Assembly: GCF_964355755.1 (NCBI RefSeq)
Contig: NC_092678.1
Span: 17,155,881 to 17,219,880 of the forward strand
Origin: Antedon mediterranea
Taxonomy: Eukaryota; Animalia; Echinodermata
Direction of reading: 5' to 3'
Length of the DNA stretch: 64,000 bases
Shown: positions 1-13,950 of the stretch, piece by piece
Layout of the letters: every line of letters starts with the position of its first letter
Numbering within the stretch: position 1 is the stretch's first letter
Notes under the pieces: model-generated
Seen by the model: the letters and a program-made list of their open reading frames with translations, nothing else
Database searches by the model: none
What the model was told of the DNA's origin: nothing
Position numbers and translations under genes: made by a program

Positions 1-224
1 AAAGGGTCAACTGCCTGGAATTAAACATAATTACTGAACCATGGCCGGTAGAATGACAACATTATTTCCACCATATACAATGTTATACGGAACAAACGAA
101 TTTGACAAAAACCAATAAGACGAATATAAACACGAACAAAGGAAAACAATACACATCAGATTTATGAATAACGACGTTAATTTCCGATAATTATAATTAA
201 TTAAATCACAATTTTATAGAAATC

Positions 225-955
225 AAACAAGGCCATATAGATGCTGCAGTCGCGTGCTCAAGTAAGTGTTTCCCAACCGACCGACCAACCGACCAAAATT
301 GCTGAACATGTTTAAAAATGTTGAAAATGAAAAACATTTATTTTTTTTTTAATTTACACGTGCGTTGCCTGTCACTTTTGACGTGCTCGTATAACGTAAT
401 TTCGAGTTAAAAAGTGAATAAAATATGATGATATTATTAAAAGAAAGGTTGTAAAACAGAAATCAGACAAAAAGAGTGCATATTAACATTTAACGCGCAA
501 TGCGCGTGCAAAAATCTGCGCACTCATGGCAATTTTTTAAACGCTTAAAATTGCCTGAAGGTACTCTTATTTAATCGAAAATCAATTTTGACAATTTTGC
601 GTACGCATGCGTTACATGCGCTACGCACGTAATTGTATTGCCATGATGATTTATGCCCTGAAATTTATGAGTACCAACTTTTATTTAATTGTGATTCATG
701 CTTTTAAAGGTATGATGACAAACGTGATTTCGTTAAATCGTGCGTAGACCGCGTAATTTTTGAAAACATAAAAACAAAGATTCCTGGCCATAAGGAATAT
801 ACTGTGAAAACTTGACTTAGCTAGATGAAACTGATATCAAGATAAGGCCATATACAAGTTAGTGTTTACCGACCGACCGACCGACCGACCGACCAACCAA
901 CCGACCAACCGACCGAAATAGGGAATTGTAGAGTCGCGTTGCACGCGACTAAAAA
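225..955 (-). mobile_element. DINE-1/HINE-like (Helentron-associated) non-autonomous element
   Basis: Minus strand reads TTTTT-AGTCGCGTGCAACGCGACT (subTIR plus inverted copy), a (GTCG/GTTG)n microsatellite, a second subTIR GCACGCGACT, a short stem-loop and a TTGTTT end. This is the DINE-1 architecture. A near-identical copy lies at 45835-46438. Confidence 0.75.
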
Positions 956-2239
956 CTTGAAATTAAAATAAAGTGTATACAATATGATATAAACGTAGAT
1001 CTCGAGTAAACATAGTAAAGTGCCGATGAAAATAAGATAAGTCCTAAGTTCACCTTACTACGGAGGGATAACAATATGCGTGTACGTACCACCATACTAA
1101 ATTAGATAACAGGTGCCTCTCATATTAAGGTTTTCATAGGAGGAAGATGTAATATTGTTTCGCGTGCGTACAATAAGCTTTTTACAACACTATTGCACAG
1201 ATTATACGTGAATTTAATGTCGAGAATTCGTTCACGTGTAGAGAAACTGAAACATTCTTGAACAATCTTAAAAACTGTTGCGGCATCAAAACTTGACATA
1301 GGATTTGATAATTGTAAGGATGATTACCCAGAATGTGGTTAAAATCGTATTTTACAAAAATGTAACGTTAAGCAAAAGTTTAGACCTTCGGATTGAGGAT
1401 AGAAAGCGAAATCAGTGTCTACAAAACAATATCGACACGGAAGCGACTGCAGTATTCATCGTATTCAAGCTAAGTACAGTACAACAAATAATCACTACAG
1501 GTCAGCAGTTACATTTTACAATTGCGAAAAAAACTGATAACAAACAACAATCCAGAACAATATATTTTATTCCATAGCCTATGTAAATACGTGGACGTGA
1601 TTGGTTGAAACTATATCACACTACCGCTGCGAGGATCGTACATCGTATATATCCTCGAGTACGATGATATTGACTGAGTAATTTTCGCATCCCTTTCATA
1701 TGAAAATAATTTTTGTGTGGCAACACTCGCGTTTGGCGATAAATAAACAAAAGTCATCTACTGAGATGACTTTTTATCACGAGACAACGGTTAACCCGCT
1801 GCGCCACGCAACTTGCTTAAAGAAATTAATCAACTACACTATTTAAACTATGCATACATAACGCCCTAATTTATTATTAGCCCTCTCTAGACGCGATGAA
1901 AGACTGACCGTTTGTGATTGGTCAATACTCACGGTAGTAACCTGGTGGTACGCGCGGCGCGCTGAACATCTGGTGATTCGGCTCGAAGAAGACGAATTAT
2001 TATTTATTCGGCCTAACTGATAATAATAATATTATTATTATTAATGTAGATTTATTGTTGGAAATTCTTCAGTTAATTTAAACGACCTAGGCCTAAGTGA
2101 ATATTTTATTGCCAAGGAATCATTAATTAGTAATTATCTGTATATTGCTCTTCGCAAGGTAACTAGGCAGGTTTATTACATACAGGTGGTCTAGCTATTC
2201 CCGACCCAGTAGATATTTTACTTGTTGTTGGCTATATAC

Positions 2240-2397
2240 TATAACAGATATCGCCTTTTATATCGGCAAAATATAAGATTTGACATTCCCTCGGGAATGA
2301 TATTTTGTTCGAGGGAATATATTCCCGAGGGGATGTCATTCCCGAGGGGATGTTAAATCTTATATTTAACTTCTAACCAGGCGAATATCTGTATTAT
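2240..2397. repeat. Palindromic MITE-like element
   Basis: Nested inverted repeats: ACAGATATCGCC/GGCGAATATCTGT and ATAAGATTTGACATTCCCTCGGGAATGA/TCATTCCCGAGGGGATGTTAAATCTTAT. Confidence 0.5.
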
Positions 2398-2404
2398 ATA
2401 TTAT

Positions 2405-2735
2405 GTCGTTAGACACGTGTGGCCAAGGATTACCAATAGTAAAATGAATCACTGTCCTATCAGATAGGTGGTGATTCCACTAATACAGGGGCTATTTTGT
2501 GAACCAGTTCACCGGGGTAACTCCCTACTCGTCTTGAATGGTGAACTGGATTCTTTAAAGTACACACGGGTTATAACTATGTACACTGGACCTACGGTTT
2601 ATAGTCCTTATCCGAGAAGACTTGTTCAACCACCAGACCTAGGAGCGAGTCGGCCTCGAACCATTGTTGATATTGTTGGCTCTTTCGCCATGGTAAACAG
2701 CTCCTCTGCATTAACCGCTCAGTTGAATATGGAAT
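2405..2735 (-). mobile_element. tRNA-derived SINE with Deu/Nin-type core
   Basis: Minus strand has A/B-box-like GAGCGGTTAA...GGTTCGAGGCC, then GTCTTCTCGGATAAGGACTATAAACCGTAGGTCC...TTTAAAGAATCC...GAGTAGGGAGTTACCCCGGTG, resembling the DeuSINE conserved domain. A second copy is at 7757-11095. Confidence 0.7.
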
Positions 2736-3209
2736 ATGGGCCAATAGGTCCAACACAATTTTATCTATTTATAACATCCTTGCTACAAACAATCTCGTTG
2801 TACATGTTAATCATAGAATAATGGTTTAAACTTTTATTCGTGGTTCTTCTTCTGTTCTTCGCAATCAAGAACATGTGACGTATTTCAATTAAAACATAAT
2901 GGTGACGACTTACGATCGACATTTTTCCGACGAACTGTCACACTTCGTAGTCTTGAATAGTTAAACGTCATAATGTGTGAAAACACATCGGTACCGGCTT
3001 TGACAAAATCTTCAAGCTATGTCTACACTTTCAAACTTTGTATGAAGAAAATGTGATGTGCCCATATTGATGTCATATCAGTAGCATAATTGGACACATC
3101 ACATTTTGGTTGTCAAACTAGTTTGATAGTGTAGACAGAGCTATATAAATAGATAATAACAAGTGACGGTGTATCAAGAAAATAAACGTATACAAGCAGA
3201 AAAAAAAAT

Positions 3210-3645
3210 CCAAAAATGTTAGTAACCTTAAGCATACTATTCTCTCTCCTCCGAAGAAATGTATACTCAATAGTTATTTTGAATATTCTACATGTTACCT
3301 TACATAATAAACTGTACGCTCTTTCTCCTGAACTGATATCTACCAAATACATCTAAACATTTTACTGTGAACTTTCACAAATTTGTGCTTATAACCATCT
3401 GGTTCTGTTTTATCAAAGATATGCTGCGAACATTCTAACAAATCTCGCCCTTTCTCCAAGTATTATTCAATGTTAATTTTATTTTTACACAAAATCGATT
3501 ATACGATTGTTTATTATTTAAAAAGGCAACCAGTGAACGTTACTGGTGAGAGAACCACTAACACCGTGGCGTGTCTCGACATCCAGTCCATGGTGTTTAA
3601 AGTTAGAATACACTGCTCCAGGAAGACGCTACCTTAATCCACGTT
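3210..3645. repeat. Local direct duplication (partner at about 5920-6292)
   Basis: CCAAAAATGTTAGT...CATTCTAACAAATCTCGCCCTTTCTCCAAG...GACGCTACCTTAATCCACGTT occurs in both places. Shorter blocks are shared among about 1130, 3652 and 5172, and between 148/3853 and 1040/3951. Confidence 0.85.
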
Positions 3646-6600
3646 TTCTGACGTTTTCATGAGATGAAGATATATAATATTTGTTCCTCGTGCAAAATAA
3701 CCTTATTACAACACTATTACACTAAAGCATAAAGTTACACTTAACTGTGCTTTAAAATAAACATAATTAAAAGCACTACACAGTATAGGCCTAATAGTTT
3801 TTTTTTTAAATCTGACAAATATAAACATGATGAAATAAAAAACAATGTCGTTAATATACATCAGACTTAAGAATAATGACATCAATTTTCGATAATCATA
3901 AGGACGAGTTCTCGAATGATTCTCTCATTTGTGCCCATGGAATTGATATTTCCTAAGTTCACCTAACTACGGAGGAATAACGCATTTATATTATGACTAC
4001 GTTAATCATAATGTTTAATGATGCTGTGTTATCGAATTTTCTATGTTACTGGAGAAATCGGGATACAGTACCGATAATCAGGTGTGTTAGACCAGAATAC
4101 GTTACTCCGGCTTAAAATGGAGGTCTTTGCTTTAACCACGTTCTGAAATGTGTCTGTAAGATTATGTTAGGCAAAAACAACACCTTGTATACCATAGCAG
4201 CCTGGTGTAGAGACCTATGTATTGCCTTCGCTAAATACTTTCTTAAACTTGTTCCCACTTATACCTTCTAGAGGAATGTTATCCATAGATAACACCCTAA
4301 TATACTGCTGATTGGATTCGTCATATTATAATTGTAACACAATGTGTCATAAGAACTGTTCGTTATACCATGGTAGTATGTGGTGCAATTAATTAAAGAA
4401 TTATATGATTTGTAAATATTTTAGACAAAGTTCAACACAGTGTGACGTATTATCTGCTACAATATCTAATGATTACAGATTTTTAATAATTATGTAATTT
4501 CTCATTTAATAAAACATACCACTTATAATAACAAATTACCGTATTAAACGTACAAATCAAAGTATAAAAACAATAAGTATATACAGTACCAACGGAAATT
4601 ACGATAAAAAAGTATCTATTTTATTAATTTCTAAATACAAAGAAAAAATAACAACAAAATATCTATATTGTGCCAACAGAGGCCAAAAAGACTTATGTCC
4701 AATTAGGCGTGTCACTCTGACAGTGAAACAATTACAAGGTATAATTGATATAATACTAATTTAATGTTACTTTATCTCGTATTATCATTATTTGCATGTT
4801 TTAGCTGTTTTTCATTAACTGTCTTTGCATCATTATAACAATGTTTTATCTAGATTGACTGTAATCATGTTGTACTTTCCATATCATATGATTTCTAGAT
4901 GTAGATCAATATCTACGATACAATACAACCGTTAAATGACGATGATCCATGTATTCTGCTATATTTTTATTTTTCATTATGGCCGCCGATGGTGCTACAG
5001 TAACTGAATTAAAGAGTCTTGTTCGCAAACAATACCAAAATAGAAAAACTCAAAAAGAGTATAAGAAAGATATTACGTTTGGACGTATCACACATGAAAC
5101 AGACAAGTATTCCGTAGAAGTATTAATTCCTAAAATAAAATAATTGTTTTTATGAGGCATAGAGTTAAACTGACGTTTTCATGAGAAGAAAATATATAAT
5201 ATTTGTTCTACGTGCACAATAAGCTTATTACAACACTATTGCAGATTATACGTACGGTGAATCGATGACGAGTCGGAGACGAACCGAACGGATCATCCAG
5301 GATTTCTGAAAAATCTGGCCAAGTGCACACACTTTGCGCAGCATTGTACGAAGGCGTGTGTATATTTCTTTTCGTATCTAATTTTGGCTTTCAAAAATGG
5401 TAGCGCAAAGCAATCGCTACTCCTGGATCCGCCCGCCGGAATATTTTGACATAAAATGATAGAGGTTCAGACGTTCTGTGGTACATTTAAATTGTATTAT
5501 TTGTATGTTCCCTTTAAACTTCATCTTAATTTCAAATATAATAATATCAATAAAGTAATACTGTTTACTTAGAAGTGTGTCAGTTATCCAGCACTGAAGA
5601 AAACAAACTCAGAAAAAATTTAAACACATGTGACCACGTTATTTGAACATTTTAAAGCTAAGTGAGTTAATTAATGAGATGTAAAGCACATTGAAGGCCA
5701 GTAACGTCGCTAATAGTTCCACTGGAAATACGCCTTTTCACGATATGGAAGACATCTTCTTCGATGGATGACAAAATAATAATATGAGCAAAGCGTAGCC
5801 AATGGTTCTGTCCACAACAGATTGTGGACAAGCCCATAATAACGACCATATTAATGTCAAAGGCAAAGTTACTAAAACATTCATAACTGATTAATGGCGG
5901 ACAGTCATAATGAAATTCCAAAAATGTTAGTCACCTTAAGCATACTATTTTGTCCCCTCCGAAGAAATGTATATTGAGTGGTTAGTTTGATTATTCTACA
6001 TGTTGACTTACATAATAAAACCATCGAAATATGTTACTGTAAACGTTCACAAATGTGTGCTTATAATGGTCTGGTTCGGTTTTATCAAAGAAATACTGTG
6101 AACATTCTAACAAATCTCGCCCTTTCTCCAAGTATTATTCAATGTTAATTTAATTTTTAAAAAAAATTGATTAAACATGTAGATTGTTTATTATTTAAAA
6201 AGGCAACCAGTGAACGTTACTGGTGACATCCAGTCCATGGTGTTTAAAGTTAGAATACACTGCTCCAGGAAGACGCTACCTTAATCCACGTTAGGGTTAA
6301 ATGAGCACTGTCTGTAAGACTCTGTTATGCAGAAATGTATATCAAATGAAAACGAAAAGGAAAGTCTGGAGTTGTGACTAACCATCTATTTCAGCCAAAC
6401 AAAAAATGGAACATACTCTATCGACAAAATAGGGACCAAATCAGAACCCATCAAGATCATATGTATAACTCGACTGCTGATAAATGACGAACTTAAGCTA
6501 TTTACACTCTACCACTGTAAGGAGCTCGAAAGCAGAGATGAATAAATGAATGGATGATAAAATTAATAACTTGCACAACTATATCCTAATTGATAATGAA

Positions 6601-7192
6601 ATAAACATGAACTATATTAATAACATTACAATTGTTAACTGAACTGAAGTACATGATGAACAACCACTATTTAGTTTTATAATGAACTTCTGTAATATGA
6701 ACAAATTGAAACTACTTAATTTGTATTTTTACATTACTTTATTGCATTGTCAAAAACCAACATAATGAAATATTAGAATATAGGCCTACAGCACCGGATA
6801 TTTATGATAACGTGATCTAAGGATTATTTGAATAGACACCACACCTAGGAAATTGAATACAACAATTCTGTAGTCAAAATTAAACTGGTTTCTTGTGATA
6901 TCTTCAACAAGCATTATTGACATGAGTAGTGTACTCCATATTATTGGTATGATATACTTAAGTCCCTCAGGATATAGTTAAAGTTACGGGACTTATTATT
7001 AATAGTTTTTCGTTAGTAAATTGACACTTTATACTGCCTTAGTAGGTTCCGCTGAACCTTAGAATCAGGCAAACCTTCAAATATCATATCTTATATTATG
7101 TCTAATTTCATAATTAACATTATTGCCTTGCAATGTAAATCAGCAGTCTTTACATTTTTTGGATGCATACAATCATAAGAAGAAACACTTAC

Positions 7193-7264
7193 AGTATTTG
7201 CAAAGATGTTAAACCACCAAATACATTTGCAGGCAATGATTGTATGTTGTTTTCGTATAAATAC
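7193..7264 (-). CDS. LRR exon (72 nt, phase 2-2) of the CUB-LRR gene
   Basis: ttgttgaag|G TAT TTA TAC GAA AAC AAC...CAA ATA CT|gtaagt encodes YLYENNIQSLPANVFGGLTSLQIL, a typical 24-aa extracellular LRR. Confidence 0.85.
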
Positions 7265-8321
7265 CTTCAACAACAAAAAGAAACAAAAGTTAGTCATTAA
7301 ACATTCACGAGCTGTTTTGAAGGATGTCATCTTTGTTTTTGGACACAAAAATAAATTAAAATATGTTGGGCGTATAGAATAGGTGTCTGTGGAAATTAAT
7401 ATATGGCCGATAACGTTACGAACGTTTGGTTATTACACAAATGAAAATGAAAAAATAAAGTGCATGATCGAATAGTTTTAGGGTTCTAAGATGGAGAAAT
7501 AGACATCAAACTCGTCTGCTGTCATTCGCCTGAAAGTCAATATATAAACGGTCAGGCCGTTATTATAAATGATAAAAAACGTAGTAAAAGTGTAGTAGTA
7601 TACTTAAACTTAATTTAAACTTTTCATAAAATGTCGATTGATGTTACGTATGAAGTGATATCCGGGAACATTGCGTCAAGTTTATCGAACAATTTGGGTA
7701 CGAACTTTCAAAACCGCTTTACCATGCCATTAAGTAATTGTTCATATAAATAATCGAGTCAAATGGCCGAGCGGTTCAGGCACGGGCGCCGTTTACCGTA
7801 CTCTCTTAATGTAAAAGAGTGAGAAACCACTCAAACTAGAGTGAACTTCCACTCTTTCAAAGAGTTAACTGAGGGACAACTCGTTTTGGAGTGAAAAAAA
7901 GAGTGGTCACCAAATCACTCTAAAATGAGTGAAACCAACTCTAGAAAGAGTGAACATTTTCATCACTCTTTTAACAAGAGTGGAAATAATACACTCATAA
8001 AAGAGTGAAAGTGACCCACTCTTTCAAAAAGAGTGAAAATAATCAACTCATAAAAGAGTGAAAGGAAACCACTCTTTTTAGGAGTGGTATTTTTAGCGTA
8101 TTCTTTTTCTACTTGTATCTTCTGTCTGCAAGGCTGCTTCTGAGATCCCAAACTTGGTAGTAGCCTTAAAAACATGCATTTAAAACACAATTGTGCACAA
8201 CCAAATAAATGAAACCGACATTGAGCTATATTAATTTGTTTATTTTGAAAAGCAAATCTCTTCTCTATACATAATGCATAATTAAGAGGTAATTTAAATT
8301 CATCAAAAACATTTCATCTCA

Positions 8322-10485
8322 GTTACTCATCATCGCGAATAAGATGGGAATATAACTCCCTAACAGTTGGTTTGATATTTGTTGTAATTTCGTATAAGAG
8401 ACCTTCAAAGAAATTGAAAAAGGTCACAAGCGGACTGGCAAATGGACATTAACTATAATTATAATGAATTTTAAAAAGTCGATCAATTGCCTGAACAATT
8501 GCGCTACCACCAGGAATGCATCAACAATAATAAAAAAAAGCTCTGTAGGTTCTTTAACATCACCCAATGCAAGGATAAATGGCTGTAAATAAGTCTGGTC
8601 TTTTCCTGATGCAAAGCTGCCAACATCTGTCCCAGCCTGAAAAATATAAAAATACAGTATAAAAAGCTGAAAAATATGAATTTATCACAAATCCTCCGTA
8701 CTTTAGTCTATTATTTATCACATAATAAACACTACAATTTTGTATCTTTAATCACCTTGTTAATATACTGATCAACAATGCACGCTTGTTTTTGATCAGA
8801 TGGTTTAAATTTCAATTTGGTATACTGCACATTACAAGTTTACACAATGTGTGAGCTATAGGCAGTTCCCAGTTGCCTTCCTTCTTTTCTTATTTAACTT
8901 CCACATTTCCACATATGCAGAAAATAAATCGTTTTTAACCAGGTTTGATCTCCAGATACAAAATTATGCTGCTGTGAAAAGGGTATTTTATACAACAGTA
9001 ATCTTGTGAGAAGTAAAGGAGAAGATGAAATTTTATTGGGGCTCATTTAATGTATAATCACATACTGTGTTTCAATTTTGAGATATAATATTTTCATATA
9101 CTAAGAGTATTTTACAAAGAATGAAACACAAATTTTGTATAGATCTATTGCAATTTAATGATGGAATTATAAAAACGTTTAACAAGTACTCACTGGCTTG
9201 TGTTGTAAAATGTAATGAAAAGCATCGTAGACTTTGCTTTTCCCACCTCTTGATATTGATGGTAATTGTTCTGAACACATCCAGATCATCTGCAAAAACA
9301 GTAAATGCACTTAAAGTTACAGTAATTGCTTGTTTCTGTTTTTAGCATTTTGTAAACCATCTTTTTATTTAAAATGTACTAAGGTTATTGTATATTTTTT
9401 TTAATCAATCAATACACTTTACAATGTAATGTTTTATATCGATGTATAAACAGGGAAGAGTATATTCCCTGACGCAAAAACTGTGTTGTTACGCAATTAA
9501 CAACAATTATCATCGTTGGTACAGTTCCTGCTGCTTACTTGGGCTCGAATTCAACCCCAGCCATCAGCGCAAGCTCGGTGGTCTAGAGGCCTGATGATCT
9601 GGAGGCTGTGGGTTTCCACCCAAGAACTTGCATATTTTTTCGCAATTGTTTTCAAATGTATTGAATATTCGGTACACATTACGTCAGAGTTGGGCAAAAC
9701 ATCTTCCTATTAGTGTAAATAAGTTATTAAATAAAACAGGTAAGAATTAACAATCTTTATAAACTTACTGAGTTTTGATTTATGCATCAGCACAAACTTG
9801 GGATGGTAATATGGCTTCCATTTGATTAACATTTTGAATCCGCATCCTGAATACATCAGTTCAAATTCCAAGTTAATCTGAAACATTGAAAATATTACTA
9901 CTGTAGGGGCCTAGGCTAATCAACCTAAAATTTTCAGAAATTTATTTTGTTAAATATTTATTTTATATCCTATGAGAAATGATTCATAGAATCAAAGTAA
10001 AGTTGAATGAGTAAATTAGTACCATTTTACTCTTAAAATAATCATTCAGAAACATGACATAAATTTCTCAGAATATAGGCCTAGTATCCTAGCTCAAGTC
10101 AAGTCAAGTCAAGCCGGGTCTATAATAATTAAAAAAAGAGTGGTTGAATAAAGTGAAAACAATATCGTCGTACCGTACCCATGCCAAAACAATTTGGGTA
10201 TGGGTCCGCCTATAGGCTAAATACGAGTTAGCATATGGTGGGGACGAGTTGGTTTGGGTACGCGTTGCCAGCACCCTTCCTACTAGGCCTAGCCAGGCTA
10301 GCTAGTAGTAGGCTAGGCGTTAGCACACCAGGATTCACACGCAAATAAAACATATTACAAAACAATATAATCATTTCTACAATACACGGTAACAAAAGCT
10401 ACATTTTAAATGTAAATTTACCATTAAATATCCTGATTAAATGTTGATCTTGTTCACCAAATATCTGGTGTAAAAATTCCTCCAT
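8322..10485 (-). pseudogene. Spliced SAM-domain/SAMD3-like accessory gene relic inside the CACTA-like element
   Basis: Exon 10422-10485 MEEFLHQIFGEQDQHLIRIFN|gtaaat; exon about 9769-9877 with stops; last exon from 8636 AGTDVGSFASGKDQTYLQPFILALGDVKEPTELFFIIVD, frameshift, then AIDRLFKIHY...FFNFFEGLLYEI. The family call is from recalled motifs. Confidence 0.55.
9466..9708 (+). repeat. Dispersed repeat with internal tRNA-like (Pol III A/B box) segment, degraded copy
   Basis: AGCTCGGTGGTCTAGAG...GGAGGCTGTGGGTTT. Flanking blocks match the minus-strand copy at 13951-14215. Confidence 0.6.
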
Positions 10486-11513
10486 CTCGTTGGAATGCGG
10501 CGGCGGGAGAAAGAGAGAGAAACAGTCAATCGGCCGGCCCGGGCGCGCGCGAAGACGATGAAAAGTTATGAAATGCTTGCATTTGATTGGCTGACTCGAT
10601 CAAAAGTGTTCACTCCCGGAGTCGAGTGGTGGGTGTTTACAGTTCGAGCGGGAATACATGCACACTCGTTGAAGGAGTGGTACGTTTTATGCTTAATAAT
10701 TATGGCAGTCGCTCAAATTGGAGTGGATTAACACTCATTCAAGAGTGAACATCATTTCACTCTAAATTTGGAGTGGAAATATCACTCGTTTACATTAAGA
10801 GAGTACCTAAAGAACCAACAACATCGACAAAGGTTCGAGGCCGACTCGCTCCTAGTTCTGGTGGTGGAACAAGTCTTCTCGGATAAGGACTATAAACCGT
10901 AGGTCCAGTGTACACAGTTATAACCTGTGTGCACTTTAAAGAACCCAGTTCATTATTCGAAAAGAGTAGGGGGTTACCCCGGTGAACTGGTTCACAAAAT
11001 AGCTCTGTATCAGGGGGATTACCACCTATCTGATAGGACAGTGATTAATCCACTATTGTTAATCCTTGGCCACATTGCCTAAAGACATAAAATTAAAATT
11101 AAATATCAATGTAAACGATTCCATGTAGTTCATGTTCTAAAAAACTGCTATTGTTAGCCCTGAAAAAAAGAACCTATTATACTTTAACGGACCATTTTCG
11201 CTGAACACGTCGTAGATGTTGGTACTTAGCGTTAGTTAGTTTTAAGTTGGACAAAAGCAGTTTATTAACTTTAAAAGGAGCATCCCAACCATTGCCTGGT
11301 CGGCGATCTTTGACTAAACGTCCTAAATATATTTTTGAACAAACAAAGTTAAATCAAATCATCTGAACTCATATTATTAGTTAGTAAATTGAATTTTAGA
11401 AACATCTACACATATCATATATCTTATATCACATGCCTAATTTCATAATTAACATGATTAATTTACAATGTAAATCTGCAGCATATTCGAAGTATAAAAT
11501 TATAAGAAAACAC

Positions 11514-11571
11514 AGTATTTGCAAAGATTTTTAACCACATTTGCAGGCAATGATTTTCGTCATATAAATAC
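11514..11571 (-). pseudogene. Decayed LRR exon copy (58 nt, frameshifting)
   Basis: Homologous to exon 7193-7264 and its flanks, with internal deletions. The donor is reduced from CT|gtaagtgttt to CT|gtgttt. Confidence 0.7.
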
Positions 11572-13950
11572 CTTGTAAATGTTGTAAATAAACACACGAG
11601 CTGTTTTGAAGGATGTCTTTGTTTTGGAAAAAATAGTTTCACTTGCGTATATGTCAATGATTAACATATAATGGTTGTAAAATAATAAGTGTCAGTGGAA
11701 AATAATAGATGCTGATGTTAACATGCTAATAAAAAAAAAGAAGAGTGACATTACAAATGTAAGAGTTTAGCTTTATAATGTATTTGTAATAGGTAGTCTC
11801 TGTAGCAAGAGAAAATTCCCACCCGACTAAACATAGCTGAAATAATAGTTGATGTAGACCTAATCTGACCTACATGAATTTTAGAATTGAGAATAACCAA
11901 ACGAATTAAGGAAAATTTTTACAGAAAATCGATGGTATAATGATGATTTATTTGCAGTCTAACAAGTGACAGTATTATCCCTTCTCTTATCTTATCTTAT
12001 CTAGGTCTACTGCAGAATGTGAACGGAAACATCCGTATACGTTTGACAAAAAGTATAAAAAATTATCTATAAAAAGATTTACCAGTTTATAATAATCTCA
12101 TAGCGCCGTTACACACTCACATAATTATTATTTGTTTGTACAATAATGTAAGCAAATAGACTGGAAGATACTAAAGCATTTTTTAAAAACTATAACACAA
12201 TACTACTGTTGTAAGGTCTATGACCCACAAGGGCGTTGATGTTACTGTAATGATCAACAACTGTAACATTAACATTGGTCAAATCAAGTAAACATGTTCC
12301 TACCAAGAATAACCTGTAATACAAAAAAGTAAACATAATAATACAATTTTAATATAAATTTTATTGACAAAAAGAGAGATAGACGTTTCGGTAGCATCAT
12401 AGAAACATTTTCAAGATCAAGTGAATCCAAATCAATAATAATTATGTGCACTAAGCACCAAAGTTGGTGACATGAAATGCTACTGAGGGATTGAAATTAT
12501 ATAGTAAACGTCTTTTAATTCATAATAATACAACTTAAAACTATCATTTTAATTATTTTGCAAAAAAACACCAACATATTTTATGTTTTATCCGCTTTGA
12601 TTAAGAATAAATGGAATAATTTGTTATTGTTCAGAGTCATACCACAAGGCTTCAATTAAAAAAACATACTTTAACGTACTAATGTTATAGGATCTAGTAT
12701 GCCAACAAATTACACCAGGTATGTATGCAACATTTTACTCCAGAAGATGTTAAAATACTCAAGAATAAACTAGCTAAGTAACTGATGGGGGTGACAGTGT
12801 CGTATCAAAACGTCGTCAAAAAGTCGAGAATAATATGACCGATATCTTATCATTTCTTATTTACAATGATGTTGAATTAAAGAATTCCGACATTTCCTGC
12901 TGTGAACTTATCTAAAATTGCAACTGTTCATATTGGGGCTGTAGATACTGCCTCGTTATATCGTGAGATAAAGAAGATACCATTTGATTTGCAGCTTGTA
13001 AAAGGAGATGTTGAGCATGGTTTTACTGAAGGACAACACATCAAGAATAAGCTGAATGAGTGTTATTGAACAGTCAAAACTTAATTGAACTGCAATAATG
13101 CTAGCAACGCCAAGTATTTTCCTAATGCTGTTTAAGTGATGCTTCTCGTCAAGGTACGTGTAAGCAAAGGCCACAAAAAAGCAGACACATGCCTTCTTTG
13201 TGTCTATACCTTGGAAATATGTCCGTTGATACCACCGTGGATGGAAATCACTGCCAAAGTGAGTGCTTTGACTGTTAAAAGTGATGAATATGTTTCTTTA
13301 TTGTTGAGCTGTGATGCTAAATATAAAGAGAATATACTTGGTCCGTCACTCTGGCCTGCTAATGTCATCATTCGTAAATATGATGAGCCTATAATTGGTT
13401 TGAAAGATAATCAATATGACTCCAGGTTTAACCATACTGGTTAGTCATGGCTGTACATCAAACTTGTGATGTCCGAGTAGTTTCATATAACTGTAAGAAA
13501 TTAAAGTCTAGACAGACGAAGATTATTGACTTATGCGAGACGTATGATGTTATTTGTTTCCAAGAAACATGGCTATGTTATGATGAGCTTCACCCTTTGA
13601 AAACGCTGTATATTGATTTTGACTGTTATGGCACGTCGTCTATTGATACCTCCGCATCTCTGGAGGTGTAGCTATATTGCTTAGAAAGAGTTTATATAGT
13701 TCTGTTAGGAACATTCATCTAGCTGACAATAGCTTGTTGCCATTGAGTTAGGTGTAGATAACAATAAAACATTGCTTGTCAATATATACTTAACGTATGA
13801 CTGCAACTGTACAGAATGAAATCTGCATTTGTCTGACTGTGAGAATCGGGGTTCACGTCTGACACGTTTACCTTCTATAGCACATAACACAACCAGTCGG
13901 TGGGACCATTTAGTTTCCACTCAGAGTTCACATTCTTGTTTAAGTAATTT

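Larger units (their letters stand above)
7801..10803. mobile_element. Non-autonomous CACTA/EnSpm (CMC)-like DNA transposon
   Basis: TIRs CTCTCTTAATGTAAA...TTTACATTAAGAGAG with TA on both flanks. Many subterminal GAGTG/CACTC repeats in both orientations (7810-8090, 10610-10790). Carries an internal spliced accessory-gene relic. Confidence 0.7.
7757..11095 (+). mobile_element. Deu-type tRNA SINE split by a DNA transposon (head 7757-7800, body 10804-11095)
   Basis: Head TGGCCGAGCGGTT...GTTTACCG resumes after the insert with CCTAAAGAACCAAC...GGTTCGAGGCC and the Deu core. Colinear with the uninterrupted copy at 2405-2735. Confidence 0.75.
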
